Part shown: positions 1-7,764 of the stretch, piece by piece
Numbering within the stretch: position 1 is the stretch's first letter
How the letters are laid out: each line of letters starts with the position of its first letter
Assembly: GCA_031258795.1 (NCBI GenBank)
Contig: JAIRMI010000003.1
Coordinates: 1-32,993, forward strand
Reading direction: 5' to 3'
Source: Puniceicoccales bacterium
GTDB taxonomy: Bacteria > Verrucomicrobiota > Verrucomicrobiia > Opitutales > JAIRKQ01
DNA length: 32,993 nucleotides
Notes under the pieces: generated by a model
The model's input: the letters and a program-made list of their open reading frames with translations, nothing else
Told to the model about the DNA's origin: nothing
The model's database searches: none
Position numbers and translations under genes: made by a program

Positions 1-376
1 GTTGCAGCGCTGAAACCCGGGCAGGTGGTCCTTATGGATAATGCCGCCTTTCATAAGCATCCCAGGACGTGGGAGGCCATCGAAACTGCTGGCTGTTCAC
101 TAATTTACCTGCCTCCCTACTTTCCGGACCCCAATCCCATCGAAAAATTCTGGGCGAACCTCAAACGGAAACTCTCCCATATCCTCCACTTCTTCCCTTC
201 TCTCCGATGCTATTCATTATGCCTTTCTAAAGTAAGATGACTACCTATTTTCCGGACCCCAATCCCATCGAAAAATTCTGAGCGAACCTCAAACAGAAAC
301 TTTCCTATATTCTCCACCTCTTCCTATCTCTCTTCGACGCTATCAAACATGCCTTTGTCAAGTAAGATGACTATAT
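1..376 (+). mobile_element. IS630/Tc1-mariner family transposase, degenerate 3' fragment running off the left edge
   Basis: ORF 25-240 translates to VLMDNAAFHKH...LIYLPPYFPDPNPIEKFWANLKRKL. This is the end of the DDE core and the xPDxNPIE motif typical of IS630/Tc1 transposases. The N-terminal part is absent. The tail is out of frame relative to the copy at 32375-32546 (2 nt shorter near position 200). The last ~125 bp is tandemly duplicated. Confidence 0.75.
117..370. repeat. Tandem duplication of the IS630 3' end (two units of about 125-130 bp)
   Basis: Units 117-240 and 241-370 both contain tttccggaccccaatcccatcgaaaaattctg and both end in agtaagatga. They differ by scattered substitutions and small indels. 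The second unit has TGA where the first has TGG. Confidence 0.85.
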
Positions 377-434
377 CGCTATTTTCTATTCTTTCCGATT
401 CCATGCTATCCCCTTATTTAAGCGGCCTAGGAGC

Positions 435-520
435 TGGTGCTCGAGGCGGGAGTCGAACCCGCACGCCCTTACGGGCAAAGGATTTTAAGTCCTCAGCGTC
501 TACCATTCCGCCACTCGAGC
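435..520 (-). tRNA. tRNA-Leu (anticodon UAA), class II with long variable arm, CCA encoded
   Basis: The reverse complement reads GCTCGAG-TG-GCGG-AATGGTAG-ACGC-T-GAGGA-CTTAAAA-TCCTT-variable arm-GCGGG-TTCGACT-CCCGC-CTCGAGC-ACCA. The 7-bp acceptor stem pairs perfectly. The anticodon loop is C-U-UAA-A-A, the T-loop is GTTCGAcT, and the length is 86 nt. Confidence 0.9.
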
Positions 521-549
521 GAAGAATCACACCAATGGGAATCCATCGG

Positions 550-573
550 TAAAAGGCAATGTTTTTGTTGCCT
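550..573 (-). terminator. Possible intrinsic terminator downstream of the pseudopilin gene
   Basis: On the minus strand, aggcaa-caaaaaca-ttgcct forms a 6-bp stem followed by TTTT. It lies about 100 nt after the stop at 673. The stem is short and only half G:C. Confidence 0.3.
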
Positions 574-672
574 AATTTTAAAAGCTTAGGAGGCGCTTTG
601 GTATATTATTTTAGCGAAAAATTAGATATGAAAAATGAACGGAAAATTTTATTCGGCACCCACCCAAAATTT

Positions 673-1458
673 TCAAAAAAAGCGAGATTTAATCACTATT
701 CGGCGAAAAATTTTTCTAGCCTTTGATGTTAGAAACATGGCGTGATCCTGCATCGGTTCAAATTTGATAGACGATAATTTTTGTCCGAATGTATCGGAAA
801 GCGCCAGTGCGGTGATATCTACAAACAGTGGTGTTCCTTCAACGGAGGTTGTCGCTTTGGCATTTTTGTAATACAAACAGCCATTCTTGTAGGTTAAGTT
901 TGCATTTGTCGATGATAGAAAGGTTTCTCCGGATGGCGTTTCCATCGCGACCCTTATGCTAAAATTCAGTAATTTGCTGCTCAGTGGCCTTACCATAGCT
1001 GGGACGTATTTTGAGAAATTTTCCCGCAGCGAACTTTGCTGATCCAAATTATTTTGCATGAACAGAGAATCCATAGGGGACAGTTCCGATTTGGTGAAAA
1101 TTTTGCGAAAATCATCGCCCTCCCTAATGCAATATTGAATGGCCTTCGTTACGTGTTCCTCGTTATTTGAGGAAAAGAATGAGATGAAAAATTTTTGCTG
1201 ATCATCGTCGTATGCAAACTCAAAAATCGGGAATTTTTTGTCTATCAGAATCATGCATGATAGATCTTCGGCGAGCGTTTCTCCAATGGTGCGCAATTCG
1301 CCGTCGATTGCCGCGTTTTCGAGGGAAATTTTGTAGCGATTGTTGATGCTCGTGAAGAGATAAAAGGACAATGTAGATATGAAGGCGATTAAAAACAGCG
1401 ATACCAAAACCTCCAGCAGGGTAAACCCTCGGCGCCTTGATGTTAACTTATTTTTCAT
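673..1458 (-). CDS. Minor pseudopilin with prepilin-type N-terminal cleavage/methylation motif (GspJ/PilW-like)
   Basis: MKNKLTSRRRG|FTLLEVLVSLFLIAF is a short basic leader, then G-FTLLE, then a hydrophobic helix. This is the class III signal of T2SS/T4P pilins. The following segment, NRYKISLENAAIDGELRTIGETLAEDL, resembles GspJ-type minor pseudopilins. I placed the start at ATG 1458; the track ORF extends to a TTG at 1491. Confidence 0.7.
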   Translation of the reverse strand: MKNKLTSRRRGFTLLEVLVSLFLIAFISTLSFYLFTSINNRYKISLENAAIDGELRTIGETLAEDLSCMILIDKKFPIFEFAYDDDQQKFFISFFSSNNEEHVTKAIQYCIREGDDFRKIFTKSELSPMDSLFMQNNLDQQSSLRENFSKYVPAMVRPLSSKLLNFSIRVAMETPSGETFLSSTNANLTYKNGCLYYKNAKATTSVEGTPLFVDITALALSDTFGQKLSSIKFEPMQDHAMFLTSKARKIFRRIVIKSRFF

Positions 1459-1502
1459 AGAATTTATTGCATTTACTTGGCACAGGGACAAACTGCACGC
1501 CC

Positions 1503-2360
1503 ATGCGCAGAGGAAGTATTTTGGTGCTTATGCTAGGGATAGTATTAATCATGAGCGCGTTGGCGGTTTCTTTCTTGCATGTTGTGAAAGAGGAAATTAC
1601 TTACATCGGTCAAATTGATCCCACTGTTGACTTCCAAGTAAAGAATGATTCCGCTTTGTCAATCGCAATCACCGGTCTTTATTCATACATGTCCGAAGAC
1701 TGTAGTCTGTATGAGTGCAGGGCAAACATTGAACGATGCATGGGAGATAATTTAGGCTCCGATGTGATTTTGCTTCTCACTCCCGAGGACAATAAAATTC
1801 CCTTGCGATCGAAATTTTTAGCTTTGCTGGGGCGATTATTTTTTGCAATTGAGCTTGATTACCATGAAGTCAGGTCACTGATGAGCGATTTAGAGGAATT
1901 GTTTGAGTCGAAAAAGCAGGGGCCATCAAACGTGGAACATTTGCTGGCTTTGCCTGCGTTTGAGCGTGTGTTTACCAAGAAAAATGGCTTTTTTACGAAA
2001 AAATGGCAAACTTTTACCAAAAATGTTACTTGCCTAGAAACGGACGCCATAGCACTGTGTGAGCTCAGCGATGAACTATTGCAAGCGATTTGTTCGATGG
2101 AAGACTGGTGCTTCGATGATGCCAAAATAGCTCTCCAAAGTGCTCCAGCCTCAAGCGGCAATTTTCAAAATAATGCTTTTACGGAGCTTTATTTTCATGG
2201 ATGTGTAGTTCGCGATCCTGGGCTTTTTAAGGAAAAAAATACGTATTTTAATCTCGCCATCACTGTCAGAACGGATGATGTCAATTTGACAGAAAATTAC
2301 ACCATAACTTACAATCCATTTCACAATTGGTACGGTTTTCCATTTGAAGTAGTTTTTTAA
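1503..2360 (+). CDS. GspK-like minor pseudopilin
   Basis: The N-terminus MRRGSILVLMLGIVLIMSALAVSFLHVVKEE matches the GspK pattern: RG-x-hydrophobic helix with no Glu5. An internal segment, NVEHLLALPAFERVF, resembles the helix-hairpin-helix of GspK. The start is ATG 1503; the track ORF begins at a TTG at 1467. Confidence 0.5.
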   Translation: MRRGSILVLMLGIVLIMSALAVSFLHVVKEEITYIGQIDPTVDFQVKNDSALSIAITGLYSYMSEDCSLYECRANIERCMGDNLGSDVILLLTPEDNKIPLRSKFLALLGRLFFAIELDYHEVRSLMSDLEELFESKKQGPSNVEHLLALPAFERVFTKKNGFFTKKWQTFTKNVTCLETDAIALCELSDELLQAICSMEDWCFDDAKIALQSAPASSGNFQNNAFTELYFHGCVVRDPGLFKEKNTYFNLAITVRTDDVNLTENYTITYNPFHNWYGFPFEVVF

Positions 2361-2416
2361 ATGGCAATTTTTAAAACGCCTGATTGACTTTTACAAAGTT
2401 AATGATTTAAAAGGGC

Positions 2417-3361
2417 ATGGCTATGCCTCACTTTGTAAAAAAGTTGCTACAGTTTTTAAAGGCGGGGCGTTTATATCGTGAACGGGATAGGATTTGCATC
2501 CTCGGAAAGGAGTATTTTTTTATCGATGAGTTTTCCTTTGAAAAGCCGATAAAGTCAAACCGCGCTTTGGAACGCTTTGTCAGGCTTCGTGTGGAAGCAA
2601 TTAGTCCATTTGCTTTAGATGACGTACTGTATGGTTTTTTCACAAACGAAGCCAAAGTAACAATATTCATTGCGTATAAGCCCAGGGTGGAGCAGCTTTT
2701 TTTAGATAAGGACGCCCATATTTTTCCCGAATTTTTGCCGAGCATGGTAACCGGACGAGATTTTAAAATAACACGCGCCAATGCAACGCGAGATGGCAGG
2801 GTAATTTTCCATAGTGCCGCGGAAAATCTTTCCATTAAATTATCTAATCCCATGTTCTTTAATGCCGATTTGAAGGAGTTTAAACGAAAAGTCCGTGCGA
2901 AAAGCTTGGGAAGACTTTCCGTTTGCCTGGATTACGGAATTTGCCTTTGCTTGGTTGCATTGTTTCTTGGATGTGGAGTTTCACTGTTTTTGATTTTTCA
3001 AAATTCGCAACTTAGTGGGCTAAAAAAGCAAGCCAATGCCAGGGAAAGTGAGGTGGAGGACATCGCTTCGAAGTACGCCTTCCTTGGGAACGTGTTCAAG
3101 TTTTATTCCCGTGAAAATTTTTGTTTGGATGCGTTGGAGAATATAAATCAGGTTCGACCAGACGATATTTTGTTTAGCGATGTCAATGCCGATGCCGATA
3201 AAAAAGCCCTAAAAATCAAGGGCCATGCCTCATCCATTAGTTCTTTGGAAAAATACTGTGGCGCTATGAAACGCTGTGCAAATGCCATTTCCGTTGAAAC
3301 TTCCAATGTTCGCTCCCTCAACCATCAAGCCTTTTTTTCCGTTGATGTTTGCTTTAAATAG
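2417..3361 (+). CDS. GspL / PilN-like bitopic assembly protein (cytoplasmic domain, one TM, periplasmic domain)
   Basis: A ~170-aa N-terminal soluble part is followed by a single TM (LSVCLDYGICLCLVALFLGCGVSLFLIF). The C-terminal part has the PilN/GspL-like pattern LENINQVRPDDILFSDVNADADKKALKIKGHASS. It sits directly upstream of a GspM/PilO-like gene and the secretin. Confidence 0.5.
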   Translation: MAMPHFVKKLLQFLKAGRLYRERDRICILGKEYFFIDEFSFEKPIKSNRALERFVRLRVEAISPFALDDVLYGFFTNEAKVTIFIAYKPRVEQLFLDKDAHIFPEFLPSMVTGRDFKITRANATRDGRVIFHSAAENLSIKLSNPMFFNADLKEFKRKVRAKSLGRLSVCLDYGICLCLVALFLGCGVSLFLIFQNSQLSGLKKQANARESEVEDIASKYAFLGNVFKFYSRENFCLDALENINQVRPDDILFSDVNADADKKALKIKGHASSISSLEKYCGAMKRCANAISVETSNVRSLNHQAFFSVDVCFK

Positions 3362-3881
3362 AGTCAAAAACTTGCTTAAGTGGCTAAAAATAATACAGTT
3401 ACGCTATAAATTGTATGCTTTCATTTTGTTGCTATTCGTTTCAAGTTTTTGTTTGGTACGCAGCGTATCCGGGGTAAAGAAACGGGCAAACTTGATATCA
3501 TCTTTTAGTGCTTTAGTCTCTGAACAGGCGCTATGGCTGAACAGGAGAGATGAAGTTTGCGAAAAATTTGACAGTGCTTGCGATCGCCTAAAAGGCAATA
3601 AAAATTTAGGAAGTTCTCTGATGGGTTTTGTTGAAGAAATTGCATCCGAGTATGATTGTAAATTTGAGCTGTCCGACGAGCCTGGGCGTAGGATCGATGA
3701 AGTTTCCATATCGTCGGTAAGCGCCACTTTTCATAATATTTCTTTGCTGGATTTTATTTCTTTCAGCGATACCATTATCGGCGATGGTGTCCGAATAAGC
3801 AGCGTCGATTTTACAGCTGTAAAAGATGGCAGTCTAAATGTAAGATGCCTAATTGAAGCCGTATCTTTGGATGAAAAATGA
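3345..3881 (+). CDS. GspM / PilO-like bitopic assembly protein
   Basis: It has a short N-terminus, one TM (LYAFILLLFVSSFCLV) and a ~140-aa periplasmic domain. Its stop overlaps the secretin start (ATGA at 3878-3881). The start is uncertain; I chose ATG 3345, which overlaps the upstream gene by 17 nt. Confidence 0.5.
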   Translation: MFALNRVKNLLKWLKIIQLRYKLYAFILLLFVSSFCLVRSVSGVKKRANLISSFSALVSEQALWLNRRDEVCEKFDSACDRLKGNKNLGSSLMGFVEEIASEYDCKFELSDEPGRRIDEVSISSVSATFHNISLLDFISFSDTIIGDGVRISSVDFTAVKDGSLNVRCLIEAVSLDEK

Positions 3882-5695
3882 GGATATTGAGATATATTTT
3901 TATATTTTTAGCGGTAAATTTTCTTTGTAATTCGTTGATTTGTGGCGAGATACAAAGTTTGATCTTTGCCGAGGAATCTTTGCCACAGGTGCTGTGCATT
4001 TTGGAGAAATTGACCGAAAAATCCATTCTGTGCGACCAGTCCCTTGCCAATGTTAAGCTATCCTTGCAAATTAGGCAAAATTTGTCACAGCAGGATGCCA
4101 TTCATGCATTGGAAAATGTTCTCAGCATGAACGGGGTTGCAATCATCGACCGCGGGGACGGAGTTTTGCGAGCTGTCAGTACCAGGATGGCGGCCACTCA
4201 CGCTACGGAATGGCTCGAAACTTCCGCTCTATCGATGGCAGCCAGTGAAAAGTTTTACACAAAATTGTTTACATTGGAATACGCTTCCGTTGCGGATTTT
4301 GCTAAAATTATCCGTCCCATATTGTCCCAAGTCGGCTCCTCAACTTTAATTTTTGAAAATTCCAATTGCCTGGTTATTACAGATAGGTTGTCGAATTTGC
4401 AGCGTGTAGAACTGCTGATTAAAAACGTGGACAAGCCCCGCTGTTCCAAAATAAAATCAAAAATTTTTCGCATAAAACACGGTAGTGCGGAAAATATTTC
4501 GGCAATTCTTCACAAACTGATTTCGACTGGAGACTCCTCGACAATTAGAAAAATTGAAAATAAACCTCATGAAGAAGGAACACAGGGTAAGCCGGGGAAT
4601 GCGAATGCAACCGCGCAAAGCGATGCCAAGACCGATATGCAGGAGTTTAAGTTTTCGGGAAATGTTGCCATAGAGCATGATAAGTACAGTAATTCCATAA
4701 TCGTTTGCGGGACACAGCAGGACATAAATCATATCGAAAAAATCATCGATGGCCTCGACATACTGCTGGAACAGGTACGCATAGAAGTCGTCATTGCCCA
4801 AGTGACCCTGGGTGATGACGAAACATCCGGGTTGGAATCGCTGGGGATAGCCTATAATTGTAACATTCCAACGAATGTTTTCCAAACTCCGACTTCATCA
4901 GGGGATCACAACTTAAAACTTTTTGGCCGAGGAGATTCGACAAAAACAACCAATAGAAACTCCTTTATTTTTGGTGGTACGCTATTAAAAGGTTTTTCCC
5001 TGGGCTATGTGTTCGATAAGGCTAAAACATGCAGCAATGTAAAGGTTTTATCGGCGCCAACGATAGTTACAACCCACAATCGGGAAGCGTCCATAAAGGT
5101 CGGAGAGTCCCGTCCGGTGATAACGGCAAATTTTACCGATCTAACGAATCAGAGGTCCATTAGAAATAGCGTTAATTACAAGGATATCGGCATAGAGCTA
5201 ACCGTTACCCCATTGATTGGTCCAAATGGGGTGATTCAAATGAGGATCGACCAACTCATTCAAAAAATCGGTGGCGATGTTCAAATCGATGGAAATAATC
5301 AGCCGATAATAGCGAAGCGGCAAGCCGTGTCCTTTGTGAGTGTGCACGACGGCGACGTTGTTGTTTTAGCTGGCTTACAGGAAAAAGAGTACACCGATTC
5401 GAGGAGTAAGCTGTGGCTTCTGGGACACATACCGATCCTTGGGGAAGCCCTGTTTTCACCAAAAACTCGAATTGAAAAGACGAATGAACTACTCATTTTT
5501 ATACGCCCGTCCATCGTGGCGAACCCATCTTCGGAAGAGGAATATGCTCAAAGAGCATTGAAAAATAGCTCTTTAAATTCCGACCTCGATACATATCGTT
5601 CAAAGGGAAGATTTATGCTAAAAGGCAAAAGCGAACCTAAGTTAGGTGAACCGTCGAACCAAAAACCAAAAAGGAGGAGGATGCGAGCAATTTGA
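3878..5695 (+). CDS. gspD: Secretin (GspD/PilQ family outer-membrane channel)
   Basis: Signal peptide MRILRYIFIFLAVNFLCNSLICG. Secretin core motifs: VKVLSAPTIVTTHNREASIKVGESRPVIT, IGIELTVTPLIGPNGVIQMRI, VVVLAGLQEKE and LLGHIPILGEALFSPKTRIEKTNELLIFIRPSIV. Confidence 0.92.
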   Translation: MRILRYIFIFLAVNFLCNSLICGEIQSLIFAEESLPQVLCILEKLTEKSILCDQSLANVKLSLQIRQNLSQQDAIHALENVLSMNGVAIIDRGDGVLRAVSTRMAATHATEWLETSALSMAASEKFYTKLFTLEYASVADFAKIIRPILSQVGSSTLIFENSNCLVITDRLSNLQRVELLIKNVDKPRCSKIKSKIFRIKHGSAENISAILHKLISTGDSSTIRKIENKPHEEGTQGKPGNANATAQSDAKTDMQEFKFSGNVAIEHDKYSNSIIVCGTQQDINHIEKIIDGLDILLEQVRIEVVIAQVTLGDDETSGLESLGIAYNCNIPTNVFQTPTSSGDHNLKLFGRGDSTKTTNRNSFIFGGTLLKGFSLGYVFDKAKTCSNVKVLSAPTIVTTHNREASIKVGESRPVITANFTDLTNQRSIRNSVNYKDIGIELTVTPLIGPNGVIQMRIDQLIQKIGGDVQIDGNNQPIIAKRQAVSFVSVHDGDVVVLAGLQEKEYTDSRSKLWLLGHIPILGEALFSPKTRIEKTNELLIFIRPSIVANPSSEEEYAQRALKNSSLNSDLDTYRSKGRFMLKGKSEPKLGEPSNQKPKRRRMRAI

Positions 5696-5698
5696 AAA

Positions 5699-6151
5699 AT
5701 GAAGAACCTTGCGTCACTTTGCTCCATTTTGCTTTGTGCTTGTGCTCTTTACGGAGAATATCCATCGCTGTGTGAACGTTCGCCATTTTGTGAAAAATGC
5801 GTTGAAGCTGTTGAAAAACAGCAACCCGATATGAACGGAAAATTTGAGTTTCATGGTGTTTGCTTAAGTGGCAATGATTACTTGTTCAGCATCTTGGATA
5901 AGGGTTCCAACAAGAGGTATTGGCTAAAGTTTGGGGAAACATTGGATGGAATTTGCGTAAATAGATACGACGAACACCGACAAATCATTGAGTTGGTCAT
6001 GCCAGATGGGTCGACGGGAAATGTGCAATTGAATCAATTTGAACCAAAGACAAAAGCGGTGCAGCTTGAACAGGTGGAACGCGACATTATTCCTATTTCG
6101 GATGGTGCTCGTCTAAAATTTTTAGAGGTCATTCGTGAAGATGTCAAATGA
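5699..6151 (+). CDS. PilP / GspC-HR-like secretin-associated protein, probable lipoprotein
   Basis: Signal peptide with a lipobox-like LLCAC. The core, FEFHGVCLSGNDYLFSILDKGSNKRYWLKFGETLDGICVNRYDEHRQIIELVMPDGS, follows the PilP/GspC HR-domain beta-sandwich pattern. That pattern is x-l-x-G-v, then a run of residues, then G-d/e-x-l-x-G, then v-x-x-I, then v-x-l. Its stop overlaps the gspE start (ATGA). Confidence 0.5.
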   Translation: MKNLASLCSILLCACALYGEYPSLCERSPFCEKCVEAVEKQQPDMNGKFEFHGVCLSGNDYLFSILDKGSNKRYWLKFGETLDGICVNRYDEHRQIIELVMPDGSTGNVQLNQFEPKTKAVQLEQVERDIIPISDGARLKFLEVIREDVK

Positions 6152-7764
6152 TGGATGATTCGGTTTTTTATTCAGAATTCGGCAAAGATATCGCCCATGT
6201 TTTATCCATTGATCCCGGCTTACGATTGGGTGAATTTGCAAAATTTTTAGACCGCAGTGAAGATTCGGCATTGAGTACTTTGGCAAAAATAAGCGGATTG
6301 AAAATTGTCAAAAAATTTACGATCAATGGGGAAATTTTGAAAAATTTGCCCTATCAATTAATTACAGAATACAAGATTTTACCCCTTAGTGTGGATGGAA
6401 ATGTAATTTTCCTTATTGTTTGTTGGCCGTTGACGGATAGCCAAATCAAGTGGATTACTGTTGCCACAGGGTTTACCGTTGAGTGTTCCCTTGGCTATCC
6501 GGAGGCCATAACCAAATTCATCGCCGAAAGTTTCGGTTTATCTGGCGTTGCGGCGCAGAGTGTGGACGATGAGCAAAGAAGCGAAAGTAGTGAAAATGAA
6601 GATGCCATTGTAATAAAATTCGTCAACGACCTCCTGAAAAGGTGCATTGGGGCACGGGCAACCGATATCCATTTTGAGCCACAGAGAGCTAGTTTGACCA
6701 TCAGATACCGCGTTGACGGGGATCTGGTCATCGCCCGCGTTCCGGACAACTTAAAGAAATTTCAAGCGGCCATAATTTCCCGTTTGAAGATAATGGCGAG
6801 ACTAAACATTTCCGAAAAACGTCACCCCCAGGATGGGAAGATTTTATTCAAAATGCCACAGGGCACCCTGGATATCAGAGTATCAACCTTGCCCACGACT
6901 TATGGGGAGAGTGTGAGTTTGCGCATACTTGCTAATAACAGTGGCCCCATTGGGCTGGAAGATCTTGGCCTTGATCAGGTGCGGAGCAAATTGGTGAAAA
7001 GTACGCTCAAGCAGCCCCATGGCATAGTCCTTGTAACCGGCCCAACGGGCTCTGGTAAATCCACAACACTCAGTGCCTGTTTGCGTGAATTGCGCGTACC
7101 AAATAAGAGATTGATGACCGTTGAGGACCCGATAGAGTACGAAATTCAGGGAGTCAACCAGACACAGGTAAACCCTGAAATCGGCCTGACTTTTGCCAGC
7201 GTATTGCGTTCCATCCTGCGCCAGGATCCGGACATCATCATGATTGGTGAGATCCGGGACCGAGAAACGGCCGAAATCGCTATTAGAGCGTCCATTACTG
7301 GGCATTTGGTCCTGAGTACGCTGCACACGAATGACTCCGTTGGTGCACTCACGAGATTGCGCGATATCGGCGTGGAGGAGTTCCTATTATCCTCGGCAAT
7401 CAGGATCATTGTTGCACAGCGACTGGTCAGAAAATTGTGTCCCCATTGCTCTCGAAAAGAAGACCTTCAGGAAGTGGTTCGCCGGGAGATGCAAGAAATA
7501 TTTGAATCGGACCTTTCTTCCGCTTATGTGGCCCATGGCTGTGATCACTGCGACGGTTTGGGGTATTACGGCAGGGTAGGAATTTTTGAAATTCTCGACA
7601 TAAACGATGCCATTCGAGAGGCTATTGTGGAGCGAAAATCGGAATCGGAGATTCGTACGATTGCGGTCCAAAATGGGATGTTAACACTGAAAAGTGATGT
7701 GCTGAGTAAAATTAAAGATGGCACCACGTCCATAGATGAAGCAATGCGCGTCATCGGCCATTGA
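6148..7764 (+). CDS. gspE: Type II secretion / type IV pilus assembly ATPase (GspE/PilB family)
   Basis: Walker A GPTGSGKST. Walker B/Asp box DPDIIMIGEIRD. His box GHLVLSTLHTND. Tetracysteine CPHC...CDHC. An N-terminal GspE_N-like domain is present. Confidence 0.93.
   Translation: MMDDSVFYSEFGKDIAHVLSIDPGLRLGEFAKFLDRSEDSALSTLAKISGLKIVKKFTINGEILKNLPYQLITEYKILPLSVDGNVIFLIVCWPLTDSQIKWITVATGFTVECSLGYPEAITKFIAESFGLSGVAAQSVDDEQRSESSENEDAIVIKFVNDLLKRCIGARATDIHFEPQRASLTIRYRVDGDLVIARVPDNLKKFQAAIISRLKIMARLNISEKRHPQDGKILFKMPQGTLDIRVSTLPTTYGESVSLRILANNSGPIGLEDLGLDQVRSKLVKSTLKQPHGIVLVTGPTGSGKSTTLSACLRELRVPNKRLMTVEDPIEYEIQGVNQTQVNPEIGLTFASVLRSILRQDPDIIMIGEIRDRETAEIAIRASITGHLVLSTLHTNDSVGALTRLRDIGVEEFLLSSAIRIIVAQRLVRKLCPHCSRKEDLQEVVRREMQEIFESDLSSAYVAHGCDHCDGLGYYGRVGIFEILDINDAIREAIVERKSESEIRTIAVQNGMLTLKSDVLSKIKDGTTSIDEAMRVIGH

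Noticed and set aside
349..552. A 67-codon plus-strand ORF
   Set aside because: It spans the duplicated IS630 tail and runs antisense through the tRNA-Leu gene. It is a by-product of those features.
1478..1497. A sigma-54-like TGGCAC ... TGCA element in the 44-bp divergent gap between the pseudopilin genes
   Set aside because: The GG at 1479-1480 and the GC at 1495-1496 are 16 nt apart. The sigma-54 -24/-12 spacing is invariant at 12 nt, so this is 4 nt too long to be a functional RpoN promoter.
2384..2412. TTGACT-N17-TTAAAA upstream of the gspL-like gene as an internal promoter
   Set aside because: The -10 is weak and ends only 4 nt before ATG 2417. That would place the transcription start inside the coding sequence. 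It cannot be supported without transcript data.
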